From the NCBI GenBank assembly GCA_965644315.1, contig CBFFRQ010000044.1, positions 62,001-126,000 of the forward strand: a stretch of DNA of 64,000 nt. Reading direction: 5' to 3'. Positions within the stretch are counted from its first letter, which is position 1; the number at the start of each line of letters is the position of its first letter. A model generated the notes under the pieces. That model was given only the letters and a program-made list of their open reading frames with translations. It was not told the origin of the DNA and searched no databases. Both the position numbers and the translations under genes were made by a program. Shown in pieces: positions 46,509 through 57,900 of the stretch. Source of the DNA: Caecitellus pseudoparvulus. Taxonomy: Eukaryota > Protista > Bigyra: Bicosoecida.

Positions 46509-48323
46509 ATGGCCAGCGAAGCAGCAGGGGCCCCTGTGCCCCGTGCAGTGGACAGCTCCGCCATCGCCACTTCGCCAAACCACCTGTCCAGCTGCGCCAT
46601 CTCCAGCTGCGTGACGCGGTATGAGGACGAGGAGAAGAAGAAGGGCAAGTTCACGGCGTTTGTCATTGAAATCAAGACGCATGGCGGCCTGTCCTGGACC
46701 GTGGAGCGCCGGTACCGGCAGTTCTACAACCTCAACAAGGTACGACACAGCGGGGCGGTGGAGCGCGGCAGCGCCAGGTGCCACCCGCCGCCCTGCCGCC
46801 TGCACAGGAGCTGAAGCAGTCCTACGCCCAGCTGAAGCTGTTCAAGTTCCCCCAGAAGAAGTGGTTTGCAAACTTCGCGACGTCCACCATTGAGACGCGT
46901 CGCAGGGACTTTGAGGACTACCTCGGGGAGCTGGTGAGGCCTGCGAAACGCCGGGTGGGGCAGTGCAGCACCCTGGGCAACCCACCCCGCCCCCGCGCCC
47001 TCGCAGCTGTGCCTGCAGCCACGCCCATCCCAGCTGAACCAGTTCTTAGAGGTGGCCAGCCACATTTGGGGCTTGGAGGGCGGCGAGGGGGGAGAGGGTG
47101 CCAGTGGCGGCCGTGCCGCGCAGAGCCTGGCTCGCCTGGCGCGGGGTGAAGTGCAAATCGAAGACTTCGAGCTGCTGAAGGTGCTGGGCAAGGGCAGCTT
47201 CGGGAAGGTGTTCCTGGTGCGCCTCATCCCCACTGGCGCCGTGTACGCGATGAAGGTGCTGAAGAAGAGCGAAGTGGTGCGGCGGCGGCAGGTGGAGCAT
47301 ACCAAGGCTGAGCGGCGCATCATGGGTGGCGTGGGGCACCCCTTCATCGTCGGGCTGCGCTTCGCCTTCCAGACGGCCGACAAGCTGTACATGGTCACGG
47401 ATTACTGCCGTGGCGGGGAGCTGTTCTTCCACCTCAAGCGTTTCCGCACGTTCACGGAGCCCATGGTGAAGTTCTTCGCTGCGGAGCTGGTGGCGGCCCT
47501 GCAGCACCTGCACTCCTGCCACGTCGTCTACCGCGACCTGAAGCCGGAGAACGTGCTGCTGGACGAGGAGGGGCACATCATGCTCACGGACTTCGGGCTG
47601 AGCAAGGAGGATGTGGCGGACCCCCGAGGCGCCACCACTTTCTGCGGCACGCCAGAGTACCTAGCGCCGGAGATGCTCATCAACCGCAAGAGCAGGCAGG
47701 GGTACGGCAAGGCGGTGGACTGGTGGAGCCTGGGCACGCTCATGTTCGAGATGCTGACGGGGTGGCCGCCCTTCTACGACAAAAACCTGCGCAAGATGTG
47801 CGAGCAGATCCTGCGGGGCAAGCTCGTGTTCCCCCCCGACTGCACCGCCTCGCCCCAACTGCAGGACCTCATCGCAGGGCTGCTGCGACGCGACCCCGTC
47901 TCGCGCCTGGGCAACGAGACCGGCACGGTGCCGTCCCCCGCCGGCTCCAAGGCTGCCTCGGAGGGCGTCACGCGGGAGGTGGACGGTATGGATGTGCGGG
48001 CACACCCCTTCTTCGAGGGCATTGACTGGGAGGCGCTGGAGGGGCGGCAGGTGGAGCCGCCCTTCAAGCCAGCTGTGTCGGGGGAGGACGACATCTCCAA
48101 CTTCGACCAGACCTTCACGGCGGAGCCCGCCATGCTCACCCCCCCTGACGACAGCGGCATGGGGGGGGGTGAGGACTTCGGCGACTTCATGTACGCAGAC
48201 GCTGGCGCGGTGGCGGCGGCGGGTGGGGGGGGGGCGCAGGGGGGGGAGGGGGGCGTCGCTGCGGCGGCTGCAGAAGGCGTGACGCCCCCCCCTCCCACTG
48301 AGGGGGTGGCCTCCAGCGACTGA
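46509..48323 (+). CDS. PX-domain AGC Ser/Thr kinase (SGK3-like), 3 exons
   Basis: PX: WTVERRYRQF..FPQKKWF..IETRRRDFEDYL; kinase: GKGSFGKV, YRDLKPEN, DFG, TFCGTPEYLAPE; AGC tail PPFKP..NFD..FT. Confidence 0.92.
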
Positions 48324-48489
48324 GGCGGTGCCGTGCCACGGCCTGTGCGGAATTCACGTGACTAGCTTGCACTGCGCCGCCAAAACGCACCTGACTCGCC
48401 ACCATCACGTCAACCCCCGGCCTGCACTGGTGCTCACTTGGGACGACGTGTGGCCTGCCCAGCGCAGGCAGTGGCAGTGCAGTGGCAGC

Positions 48490-51165
48490 ATGCAGGCAGT
48501 AGACTGGGCAGTGGACGTTGCTGCCGAGGCAGCGCGCACGTGTGTGCTGGAGTGCTGCCGCCTGGGCAGTCGGGCGTCCAATGGCGCCAGCGCGACAGTG
48601 CTGGCGGCCGTCTTTGGCACCTCCTACGCCCACTCCCGGCGCCGGCGCATTCTGGCGGGCGGGCCTTCACAAAGCGTGTCGGCGGGGCCAGGCAGACGGC
48701 GAGCAGGCGCACCAGCTGGCCCAGATGCCGACCACGGCATGTTATCAGGGGCACTGAATGCCGACACCATGAAGCACGCCAGCATGGGGGGCTTGACAGA
48801 CACTGAAGGGCAGCGCCGGCCGCCTGACGTGGGTGTGGCGGCTGGCGGTGGCTGCGTGGCTTGCCTGCGGAATATGGCTTCTTCAGCGGCGGCCGCCAGC
48901 ACGCACAGCGCTGCAGTGGGGGACGTCGTGTGCCCCGCATTGCACCTGGGCCAGTGCAACGCCGCCTGTCTGGGCTGCGTCCGGGCGTGCAGCTGTGGCC
49001 TGCTGCGCCCAGCAGACCTCGGCGTCGGCATGGGGCAACGCGCCTTGACTGCCGGGCACGTCGTGGACAAGGAGATCAGTGTGGGGGCGGGTGACGGGGG
49101 GGGTGCCGCGCACAGCGGGCTGCTGGAAGATACCAAGCTGTCCCTGCTCATGGGCGTGGACAGGTGTGCCGCTGGCACCAAGTCCTGCCTGCGCTGTGGG
49201 TGCTGTCGGCCGGCAACGCGTGTGGCAGAGGAGGAGGGGGGAGGTGGGGGGGGTGAGGCGCCCCCCCCACCCCACGACCCACACGAGGGCATCAGTGTGC
49301 AGACCATTCGCAGCAAGTGGGGCATGCCCGTGCGCACGTACCGCGTCGTGGCGGCGGATGGCTACGTCCTGCAGCTGGTGCGCATCCCCCGCCCCACAGC
49401 GACACAAGCAGTGTACTTCCAGCACGGACTGCTGGACAGTGCCGCGGCATTCGTGGCTACCGGGCACTTGTTCTCCCTCGCCTGCCGCATGTACGCACAG
49501 GGGCATGACGTGTGGCTAGGCAACTTGCGCGGCACGACTGACACGCACAATTTCGACTTTGAAGCTCTGGAGCGCGCTCACGCATACACGCCCAGCCCAG
49601 GCTTAGGAGGGTGTTGGCGCCCCACCAAGGCGCCTGCCACCCCCCCTGCAGAAGGCAGCAAGGGAGGTGGCCCCAGCCGGCAGCCCAGGCGGCCGTCTGG
49701 GGCTTCTTCTGCTGCGTTTCCGCCCCGCCCTGCTGCGTTTCCCAGCCACACCCGACTGTCCCCCATGACGGGGCACTTCTGGTCCTTCTCAGTGGATGAC
49801 CATGTGCTGGACGTGCTGGCGCTGACGAGGGCCATCCACACGATCAAACGTCGCGAGCTCGTGGCGGTGGACACGCACGAACGCCGCCCGCCACCCGACG
49901 GTGCGACCCCCCTGACCCCCCCTGCCCACGTGAGGGGGGGGAAGCCCTTCACCCTCGTGGGAGTGGGGCACAGCATGGGTGGCTATGTCCTGCAGCTGGC
50001 AGTGCTGTACAGCAAGGCGCTGTGCCGGCCCACCCGCCTAGACCGCCTGGTGCTTCTGTCACCTGCCGGGTTGCACTTCAACGTGGGCACGCTGGTGTGG
50101 GGCGGCGTGGCAGCCCTGAACAGCGTGTTCCAACACGCCCCTGAAGGCCCCTTCCCCCTGCGTCTCTCCCTGCTGGAGCGCCTCGCCGCCAAGCTCCTGC
50201 AAGACCTCAAGCGCTCACAGTCCACTTCCGACGTCGTGGCGGCGGCTGGCGCGGCGTTTTTCGGAGGCGACATGCACAGGTGGGCCTTCCGCCACATCAA
50301 GCTGAGTGAATACCCGCTGGGCGGCACCTCCCGCCGCGTCATCCGGCATGGAGTGCAGTGTGTCCTGGTGGGGGACATGCAAGCGTACAGTTATGGGCGG
50401 GCGGGAAACCTGCACAGGTATGGGTGCCACCCGCCACCCGTGTACCGGCAAGACCTGGGGCTGTTCAGCGTGCCCGTGCGGTTCATGGCAGGTGGACAGG
50501 ACTGGCTCATCCCCCCTGCCGACATCGCCGTGCAACACGCCAGCCTGAACGCCGTGCGCCCAGGCCTCTCTGCCATGCACACTGTGCATGCCGCTGGGCA
50601 CCTGGATTTCACGCTGGGCATGAACGACCGCATCATCGGCTACGCGGTGCGCCTCATCGCAGGGGGGGGAGCGGCGGGTGCACCAGGCACTACTGGTGCG
50701 GGGAGTGGGGGGGAGGAGGTGGAGGGGGGTGGAGGGGAGGATGCACCCCCCCCCGTCCCCCCCCAGCACCTGCGCCCCATCACGGAGGTGGCAGTGCGCA
50801 AACGCCACCCCCGCCCAGAGGCGTTTGAAGCGGCGTGGGGCGACCTGCAAAGTGCCCTGGCGCGGGGTGTGCATGGGGATGACCCCGTGTCGGCCGGCGT
50901 GGCGGCGTGGCGTGATGTGACGACTGCCGCACAAGCGGTGCAGAGCCAGTGGATGCCAGCCGCGGCACAGGCTGACACGTACCCATGGCTGCGCGCGCCT
51001 GACAAGTACGAAGCAGCCTTTCGCACCCTGGACGCGGAGATGCAGGAGGACATGGCCAGCCTTCGGCGCCGTGTCGAGGGGTACCGAGTGTGGCTAGTGA
51101 GGGAGGTGGGTGTACCAGCCACCCACCTGCGTCACTGTGACGCCCCCCACGCACAGTCGCTGTAG
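48490..51165 (+). CDS. alpha/beta-hydrolase lipase/sterol esterase (acid lipase family with N-terminal extension)
   Basis: DGYVLQLVRIP, QHGLLDS, GHDVWLGNLRG, GHSMG nucleophile, DWLI acid, GHLDF His; start codon uncertain. Confidence 0.88.
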   Translation: MQAVDWAVDVAAEAARTCVLECCRLGSRASNGASATVLAAVFGTSYAHSRRRRILAGGPSQSVSAGPGRRRAGAPAGPDADHGMLSGALNADTMKHASMGGLTDTEGQRRPPDVGVAAGGGCVACLRNMASSAAAASTHSAAVGDVVCPALHLGQCNAACLGCVRACSCGLLRPADLGVGMGQRALTAGHVVDKEISVGAGDGGGAAHSGLLEDTKLSLLMGVDRCAAGTKSCLRCGCCRPATRVAEEEGGGGGGEAPPPPHDPHEGISVQTIRSKWGMPVRTYRVVAADGYVLQLVRIPRPTATQAVYFQHGLLDSAAAFVATGHLFSLACRMYAQGHDVWLGNLRGTTDTHNFDFEALERAHAYTPSPGLGGCWRPTKAPATPPAEGSKGGGPSRQPRRPSGASSAAFPPRPAAFPSHTRLSPMTGHFWSFSVDDHVLDVLALTRAIHTIKRRELVAVDTHERRPPPDGATPLTPPAHVRGGKPFTLVGVGHSMGGYVLQLAVLYSKALCRPTRLDRLVLLSPAGLHFNVGTLVWGGVAALNSVFQHAPEGPFPLRLSLLERLAAKLLQDLKRSQSTSDVVAAAGAAFFGGDMHRWAFRHIKLSEYPLGGTSRRVIRHGVQCVLVGDMQAYSYGRAGNLHRYGCHPPPVYRQDLGLFSVPVRFMAGGQDWLIPPADIAVQHASLNAVRPGLSAMHTVHAAGHLDFTLGMNDRIIGYAVRLIAGGGAAGAPGTTGAGSGGEEVEGGGGEDAPPPVPPQHLRPITEVAVRKRHPRPEAFEAAWGDLQSALARGVHGDDPVSAGVAAWRDVTTAAQAVQSQWMPAAAQADTYPWLRAPDKYEAAFRTLDAEMQEDMASLRRRVEGYRVWLVREVGVPATHLRHCDAPHAQSL

Positions 51166-51365
51166 ACCCCCCCTGTCAAGACAATGCATGCTTAGCGACA
51201 TAAATGCTTAAATCAATTTACGCAAGTGCAAGCCTGCCTGCCAGACGCGGGCGCAACCAGCAGCACGCGGCGGTCGAAAACAGTGCTGCTTGGGACTTGC
51301 CACGAGACGGGAACACGCAGGTCTTGACCGCTCCAGCGCCGTCTCACGCCACGTTTCTTCGCCTC

Positions 51366-53642
51366 ATGGCAGAAGAGGGTGATCTTGTTCTGGGCTTTGC
51401 AGCGGATACGGCGCCCGCGCCCCCTCGCCGTAGCGTGAAGCGGCGAAGGGAAAAGCCAGGGCGCGAAGCAAATTCCGCAGCGAAACGCGCCTCCCGCCCG
51501 CCTCCCAGCCGCGCCCAAGAGCGGCACGGAGAGCAGCAGCCTCTATCGGCTTCTGAAAGATCCGAGGCGGCGAGGGGCGCAGGCGCCGCGCAAGCACCTG
51601 CAGTGCCGCAACGTGCCACTGCTCACTCAACACATGCTCGTGGCAAAGGCCCCCCCTCACGCCGTCTCGAGCACTCCATCCTCGCCAGCAGCCGTGGGGC
51701 AGGCAGTGTGGCTGCCGACGTGCTGGGGCAACGGGCAGGCGCCGCCCCCGTGGTGCCTGCTGCTCTCCTGTCCGGCACCAGCGTCGTGGAGCTGGGGGTG
51801 CAGGGCAAGCTGGTCACTGCGGCAGCTCGCACAGCGGGGTTGGCACCACGGTACAGCGCTGATGACCCCTCCACACACGGCGTGAAGGACTTCAAGCCCT
51901 CCGTCATCCAAGCACTGTTCATCCCCCCCGCCTTGACCCCACACCACACCGTGGGCGTGGCTCCCACCGGCAGCGGCAAAACGCTCGCGTTCGCCCTGCC
52001 CCTTCTGCAGCACCTGCTGAACGCATCGGCCACCTCCCCCATCAAGCGAGAACACGGAACATACGCCATGGTCATCACCCCCACGCGGGAGCTGGCCCTG
52101 CAGGTGGGCAGTGTCCTGGAGGCACTGGCCACCGCTGCGCCCTGGCTGTGTGTCGGCGTACTGACAGGCGGTACGAGGCGCAAGACGGATAAGGCGCGCC
52201 TGCGTAAGGGGTTGAGCGTGGTGGTGGCCACGCCGGGGCGCCTGCTGGATCACCTGCAGCACACGTCTTCCTTCCGCACGGGGCGCATGAGCTGGCTGGT
52301 GCTGGATGAATTCGACCGCCTCCTGGACATGGGCTTCTCGGACACCATCTCCGCCATCCTGGCAGAGCTGCAGAAGGTGCAGACACGCGGACACCGCCCA
52401 GTGCAAGTCCTCGCCACCTCTGCCACGCTGCCACCCGCCTGCTCCAAAGCCTTGGATACGCTCCTGCAGACAGCGGCGCCTGATCGCACTGCGACGGTAG
52501 TGCATGCTGGCTTGCGCACGGCGCAGGTGGTGCAGCACGTCGCAGACGCCGAGGCAGTGGGCGCCAAGGCTGGCGCAGCATCTGCAGCCGTCACCGTGGG
52601 CGGCACCGCCACAGCTGGGTCCTGCGACCACCACTGGGCAGCCGTGAACATCAAGTGGCGCATGCCGACGCTCATGGCCATGGCTCGCTTCTTCGTCGGC
52701 AAGTACGGTCGCAAGGCGCTGCTGTTCCTGTCCACGCGTGATGAAGTGAGCCACGTCACGGCTGTGCTCAAGGCCCTGTGGCCTGCGCTGTCTGCTCGCC
52801 CCAAGGGCTCTGATGGGCCACAGGAGGACGCCTTCCTCGGCGGCCTGCACGGCGGCATGGAGGCAGGGGACCGCCGAGCAGCGTGGGCAGGCTTCGCAGC
52901 CGCTTCGCATGGCCTGTTGGTGGCCACAGACGTCGCGGCGCGGGGGCTGGACGTCCCGGCAGTGCACGTCATCGTGCAGTGCGCGCTGCCCAGCGACCCG
53001 GCCGACTACGTGCACCGAGCAGGTCGCACAGCGCGCATGGGACGCAGGGGCATGAGCATCCTGCTGCTGCAGCCGCATGAAAAAGACTACTTGAAAGTGC
53101 TGGCCAGCATGGGGGTGCAGGCGTCCGAAGTCACCACCACCAAGTGGCTGAAGGGGCTGGTGGGCAAAGTGCCCCCCGTCGCGGCGCTGCCGGAACCCCC
53201 CCCACCAGGGGAAGAGGGGGAGGACTCCACAGGCGAAGAGACGCCCCAAGCCCGCGCCGTGCGCATCATCACAGGCGTGGTGGAGGAGAGCGAGGCGGCC
53301 AAACCCGCCTTCGCCGCTGCCTGTGCCGCCAAGCGCTGGCAAGTGTGGCACGAGTGCTGGGTGGGGTGGCAGGCAGCTCGCGCACGGCAGGCCACAGCCG
53401 CATACACAGCGTACACCCGGGCGTACAGCACACACGACAAGCGCCTGAAGGCGTTCTTGCACGTCAAAGCACTGCACTTGGGGCACGTCGCCAAGGCGTT
53501 TGGCCTGCGCAACCCGCCCACGTCAGCAGTGGGAGCGGAACGGACCGCACGGGCGGCAGAGGCGCCAGCGCCCCGCCGCAGCGATGGCGTGAAGAGCTAC
53601 GCTCGCCGCAAAGTGGACACTCTCTCTGAATTCGCCTCATAG
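51366..53642 (+). CDS. DBP7: DEAD-box RNA helicase, DBP7/DDX31-like
   Basis: TGSGKT, PTRELA, KARLRKG, TPGRLLDHL, DEFD, SAT, TDVAARGLD, HRAGRTARMG, LHLGHVAKAFGL. Confidence 0.85.
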   Translation: MAEEGDLVLGFAADTAPAPPRRSVKRRREKPGREANSAAKRASRPPPSRAQERHGEQQPLSASERSEAARGAGAAQAPAVPQRATAHSTHARGKGPPSRRLEHSILASSRGAGSVAADVLGQRAGAAPVVPAALLSGTSVVELGVQGKLVTAAARTAGLAPRYSADDPSTHGVKDFKPSVIQALFIPPALTPHHTVGVAPTGSGKTLAFALPLLQHLLNASATSPIKREHGTYAMVITPTRELALQVGSVLEALATAAPWLCVGVLTGGTRRKTDKARLRKGLSVVVATPGRLLDHLQHTSSFRTGRMSWLVLDEFDRLLDMGFSDTISAILAELQKVQTRGHRPVQVLATSATLPPACSKALDTLLQTAAPDRTATVVHAGLRTAQVVQHVADAEAVGAKAGAASAAVTVGGTATAGSCDHHWAAVNIKWRMPTLMAMARFFVGKYGRKALLFLSTRDEVSHVTAVLKALWPALSARPKGSDGPQEDAFLGGLHGGMEAGDRRAAWAGFAAASHGLLVATDVAARGLDVPAVHVIVQCALPSDPADYVHRAGRTARMGRRGMSILLLQPHEKDYLKVLASMGVQASEVTTTKWLKGLVGKVPPVAALPEPPPPGEEGEDSTGEETPQARAVRIITGVVEESEAAKPAFAAACAAKRWQVWHECWVGWQAARARQATAAYTAYTRAYSTHDKRLKAFLHVKALHLGHVAKAFGLRNPPTSAVGAERTARAAEAPAPRRSDGVKSYARRKVDTLSEFAS

Positions 53643-53809
53643 TGCGTGCCGTTTGCTTGGGCGGTGGCGAACTGGCCAAAGAACCCGCTTGGTATGTTGC
53701 TTCCGCCGTACGCACAACACACGCCTCTACTGCATTGCAGAGCGCGGTGAGAGCATCGTCAATTGCCACACACACAACACCACGCAAGGCGCAAATGCAA
53801 CACACTGCA

Positions 53810-55215
53810 TCACTCCACATCTGCACTGCGCTGTGAAGCTGAGTGCTGGCTGCTCACATCACTGCACTCGTCACCGCTGTCAACAGGGCCGGCGCTCTGC
53901 CTCACCCCACCGTGCAACGAGGCAGCCGAGGGAGCCTCGATGCGAGGGCTCTTGCTCGGCCTCTGGGCTGCCTCCATCGAAATAGCAGCACCCCGTGACG
54001 GAACAGCCCTGCCCCCCCCCGTGGCGTTGGCGGTTGCGGCTGGGGTCAAAGCGGCAAGACCACCTCCCCCCACTGCGGCGGAATGTGGGGGTGCGCTGGA
54101 CTGTGGCGCAGGGGGTGGGCATACGCGCTGCAGGAAGCGCATGAGGGCCTGGGCGGGCTGTGGCGGACGGCAAGGGTGTTCCGGCGGCATGCTGCGTTCC
54201 GCCGCCGCCACGCGCTGGGCGTATGCGGTGGCGGCAGATGGCCCCGCTGCACGGGTGAAGGCCTGGATGGCTTGCAGAGTCGGAGCAGAGGGAGTGGTCA
54301 GGGCTGCCGGGGAGATGTCAGCGCCAGTGCCTTCCCCCCCCACCTCCACATGAGACGGCACCCACTGCGTGCTGCAGCAGGGACACCGAGCACAGTCAGC
54401 CCGAGGGCGCTTGGAGCCACCTACGTGGCCACCACCCCCCGTCAGTAACTGCACAGCGCAGGGCCAGCAAAAAATGTGGCTGCACGGCAGCACCACAGGG
54501 TGCACGAACACCTGCAGGCACTCAGGGCAGGTTGGCGGAGAGTGGCTGCCGGTGGAACTAGCACCTCCTGCCGACGCGACGACGGCTCCCCGGATGTCGG
54601 GGGAAAACACGAACTTGTACCATTTGGCATCAGCGGTGCCAAGTGTCAGGACGTCGCCTGCAACCCTGTGCGCCGAAAACGCGCGCGAATCGTGCACCGG
54701 TGCGTTTCGCCAGAGTTTCGGGACACGCACAACTCCTGCCACTCCCGCTTTGGCAGCTGCTTCCTGTTCACAAACGTGCCCCAAACGGAGACATCCTTGA
54801 TGAACCACTGCGATCCCCGGTGCTCCACCATGACATGCTCCCTGTGAACCGCAGGAGCAGGCAGTACGTGCCCTCAAACACAAGCTGCGCAAGCGACTGC
54901 CCACACCCAACCCGATTCAACCTCACCCACCTCGACACTGACTCGTACTCCTCACAAAAGAACACCTGAATTGACGATCGGTGGCCACGCCCAAGAGATC
55001 CCTGCAAGCAAAACCACTCCACGACCTTGCGGCACGGCGAACGTCAGCAGCCCCACCGCACACATAACACGCACGCTGAACGCTGGCGGCAGTGGGATGA
55101 GCGCTGGAGCCAGCTCCACCCCCTCAGGTGGCTGCCAGTGACGGGGAAGCGCAGCCTCCCACCTGATAAGCCCTGCGCATTTCTCTGAGGAACTCTCCGC
55201 CACTACCGCCGCCAT
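53810..55215 (-). CDS. FHA + RING E3 ubiquitin ligase (RNF8/CHFR-like), 4 exons
   Basis: Spliced FHA: GSLGR..SVSR-EH..WFIKDVSVWGTFVN..L-VAGDVLTLG; RING: CPEC..LPCSHIFCWPC..CPCC. Confidence 0.85.
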
Positions 55216-55329
55216 TCTGCTCCGTGCCTTGCAGCGCAGTAGCTTGCGGAACGCGGCTGTGACCCAACAACGAAGCCCAAGAGCGTAAACGAATCTGAAG
55301 CACGCGTGAGAGGAAGCTGAAACGGAGCT

Positions 55330-57900
55330 CAATGCCTGAGCAGTATGAATTGATTTTGCCCGACCAGCCCCAATGCGAGACCAGTTCTCAAACATGACGA
55401 AGAGCAAGAACTCAGCAATCCACCCAACCGTGCATGCGACACACAGCCCATCGAAAGGTCTTCAACCGAGAGGCTATGGAATCTTCTCGTCTGGTAATGA
55501 GGTACTTGGGGGAGCAACAGGTAGAGTCACACTGTCTCACCCACAACTCAGCAATCAATGCCCCGTGATTCAAGTGCAAAGACGCAACGAGTAAACTACC
55601 TCGTTGGATTCCTAGAAAGATACACTTGCTTGCGACAAAACAAACTGGGCAACAGAAAACGAAATCCGACGGGCCCGAAGGCTCAGCAGTCGCAACACCA
55701 CAGAACCTTGTGCGAGGCTGCCAAAGCACAGGACACTCTACCAACAGAAGTCATGTATCAAGAAGAAGTGGGGAACACAAAGCCACCAGTGAAAGACAGA
55801 TACAACTGAAGTCGCGCACGATATGCAAGGTTTTCCATGCTCTTGATTCGCGCAAACAACGTACACGTTTGCATGCAAGAGATGAGAGAAACTCGTTCGC
55901 CACTGCAAAATGGCGTTTTGATATCGTCCAGTAAAGGTTGAAGATTCCGACGCAACAAAATTGTGTTCTGCGCGAAGAGCCAAACATGCGACAAAGACCA
56001 GCTTGCTTTCTTATGGTTTGAAGCGCCATCCTCCCGTTTAGCCCCTGAAACGTGTGAAAATTGCCCCTTCTCCGGAAGGCCTGGGGCTCATGCTCGCTGC
56101 AAAGAAATCACATTCGACCGCTCTGGCTGTGTGCGCATCAAATCTGCTGCTCACTGTGACGGATTGATAGACTGGTGGGGCACGACAGAGTATTGATGGC
56201 AAAGTACAAGCATTTTGCGAGAGAGAACCCTGGCAGTCCCATGTTTGACACACTTTCCTCCCCAATTCGAAGACTTGCACACAACTCTCACGATTCTTTG
56301 TTTGATCGCCCACATTTCGAACGAAGGGTGGTTTCAGAAAAATGAAGATGAAAGGTATGCAATGTGTGGTCCAGAAAGCTAAGACTCACCGTACACCTCA
56401 ATGCATATGCGACCATCAAGCTTTGACATAAACTTGCAGTGCCACCACAGCTTTTCAAACATACTGTCATTCACAGTGGTAAAGTCATCGCAAACTTAGG
56501 GGAGTGGAGTCCTGGGAGCTTGCAATTTCAATCTTGAGTGGAGGGCTGCATCTTCAGACACATGCTTCTTTCGGCATGTAGTGAAGATTTTCTCGTCTAC
56601 ATTCAACTTTTCCCGCTATTGAAGAAAAGTCACTGCATATAGATCGAAATACAAAGTTCATTCAAAGGACAATGATTCATACGCTGAAAGCCGACGTCCG
56701 AGTATGCAACTTTGCGCTTGGATATTGTGGTGACACATGTGGAGTGTGTTGACGCATGAAGTCTTCAAAGCATGAATTGGTTCCAACAGAAAGCAGAGGT
56801 GTTGGATCCATCGAGCTCGTGCACCAATCCGATGCCCATACACAGCATTCATCGCACATTCCACTTCGATCTGAATCAAAAAAGCAAGTTTAATAGATGC
56901 AATGATGAGCAAACCTGAATCCTTGGAGAAAGATTGCGAGCCATCAAAACAGAAGTATCGGCACGAAAAACAAATGCTTGCAACGCCAAACATGCTACGC
57001 TTTCCCTGTACGGATAGCCCAAGTTGCCTGAACAAGAACGAGCTGATGGTTGGTGCAGTAGAAGCGAGACACTTCTCTTTGATATTGGCGTCGTGCACAA
57101 AGACTCTGATTGAACCATTCTCATTGGAACGCTTGTCTGAGTGCATGCAAGTGCATCAAAGGCGGTTTGATCGACTCAGTATCCTTTCCTCCACATGATG
57201 GCGAAAGTCAATTGCTTGTATCTTCTGTTGCAAGACTGACTGGATTTGTGAAGATAGCCTTCCAACAGGTTGCAAGTGTGGAATCAGCTACTGACTTGAA
57301 GATGATCTGGATGGTGCAAAGTGCAAAGTCCTACAATGAAGTATTCACCTGCCAAACTTGTCGGCTGCTATCGATGGAGATAGTGAATTGGCGGGGATGT
57401 CTGCCAATGTAGAACGAATGGCTTCATGACCACCTGCCGGTTACCATGTTTGAAACCACAAGATGAAGACTGTCTACCGTCAATCTGCACGTCCTGTGGC
57501 AAGGTAGTCAAGCTTTGCCGCGGGCTCTACGCGAGGCAATGACCACGCCCATGCATGAAGCATGCGAGTTTCCTTGACCCATTGATTACCTGGACAGACT
57601 TGAACTGTATCGTGGACAATGGTGACCATTTGGCAAGAGAAGAGGCCCGGGATTCTCATGGTTGGCGCTAATATCCTCCCAGAATAGTGTTTGTCTTGAA
57701 GTATGTCGTAATGGCGGCATTTGGAGGAGTCGGCATGTTCCATTTCCGGTCAGACGCATCAAGAATCCACATTCAAGCACATGCCACGGCACTGCATTCA
57801 TTTGGCTGTACTGTTGTTTGCGACTTGAGGCACTTTTCATTCGAGGATACTCGGCAGTGCGTTCTTGTGCCGTGAGTGGTCTTCCAGAGCCCGCTGCCTC
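55330..57900. other. Low-GC, apparently non-coding island
   Basis: Abrupt drop in GC (line 56581-56640 is 22/60 G+C, versus roughly two-thirds in genes); no recognisable ORF. Confidence 0.8.

Noticed and set aside
55409-55556. 12-bp direct repeat AACTCAGCAATC (55409, 55545)
   Set aside because: Only two copies 136 nt apart with nothing element-like between them; cannot be called a TSD or binding site
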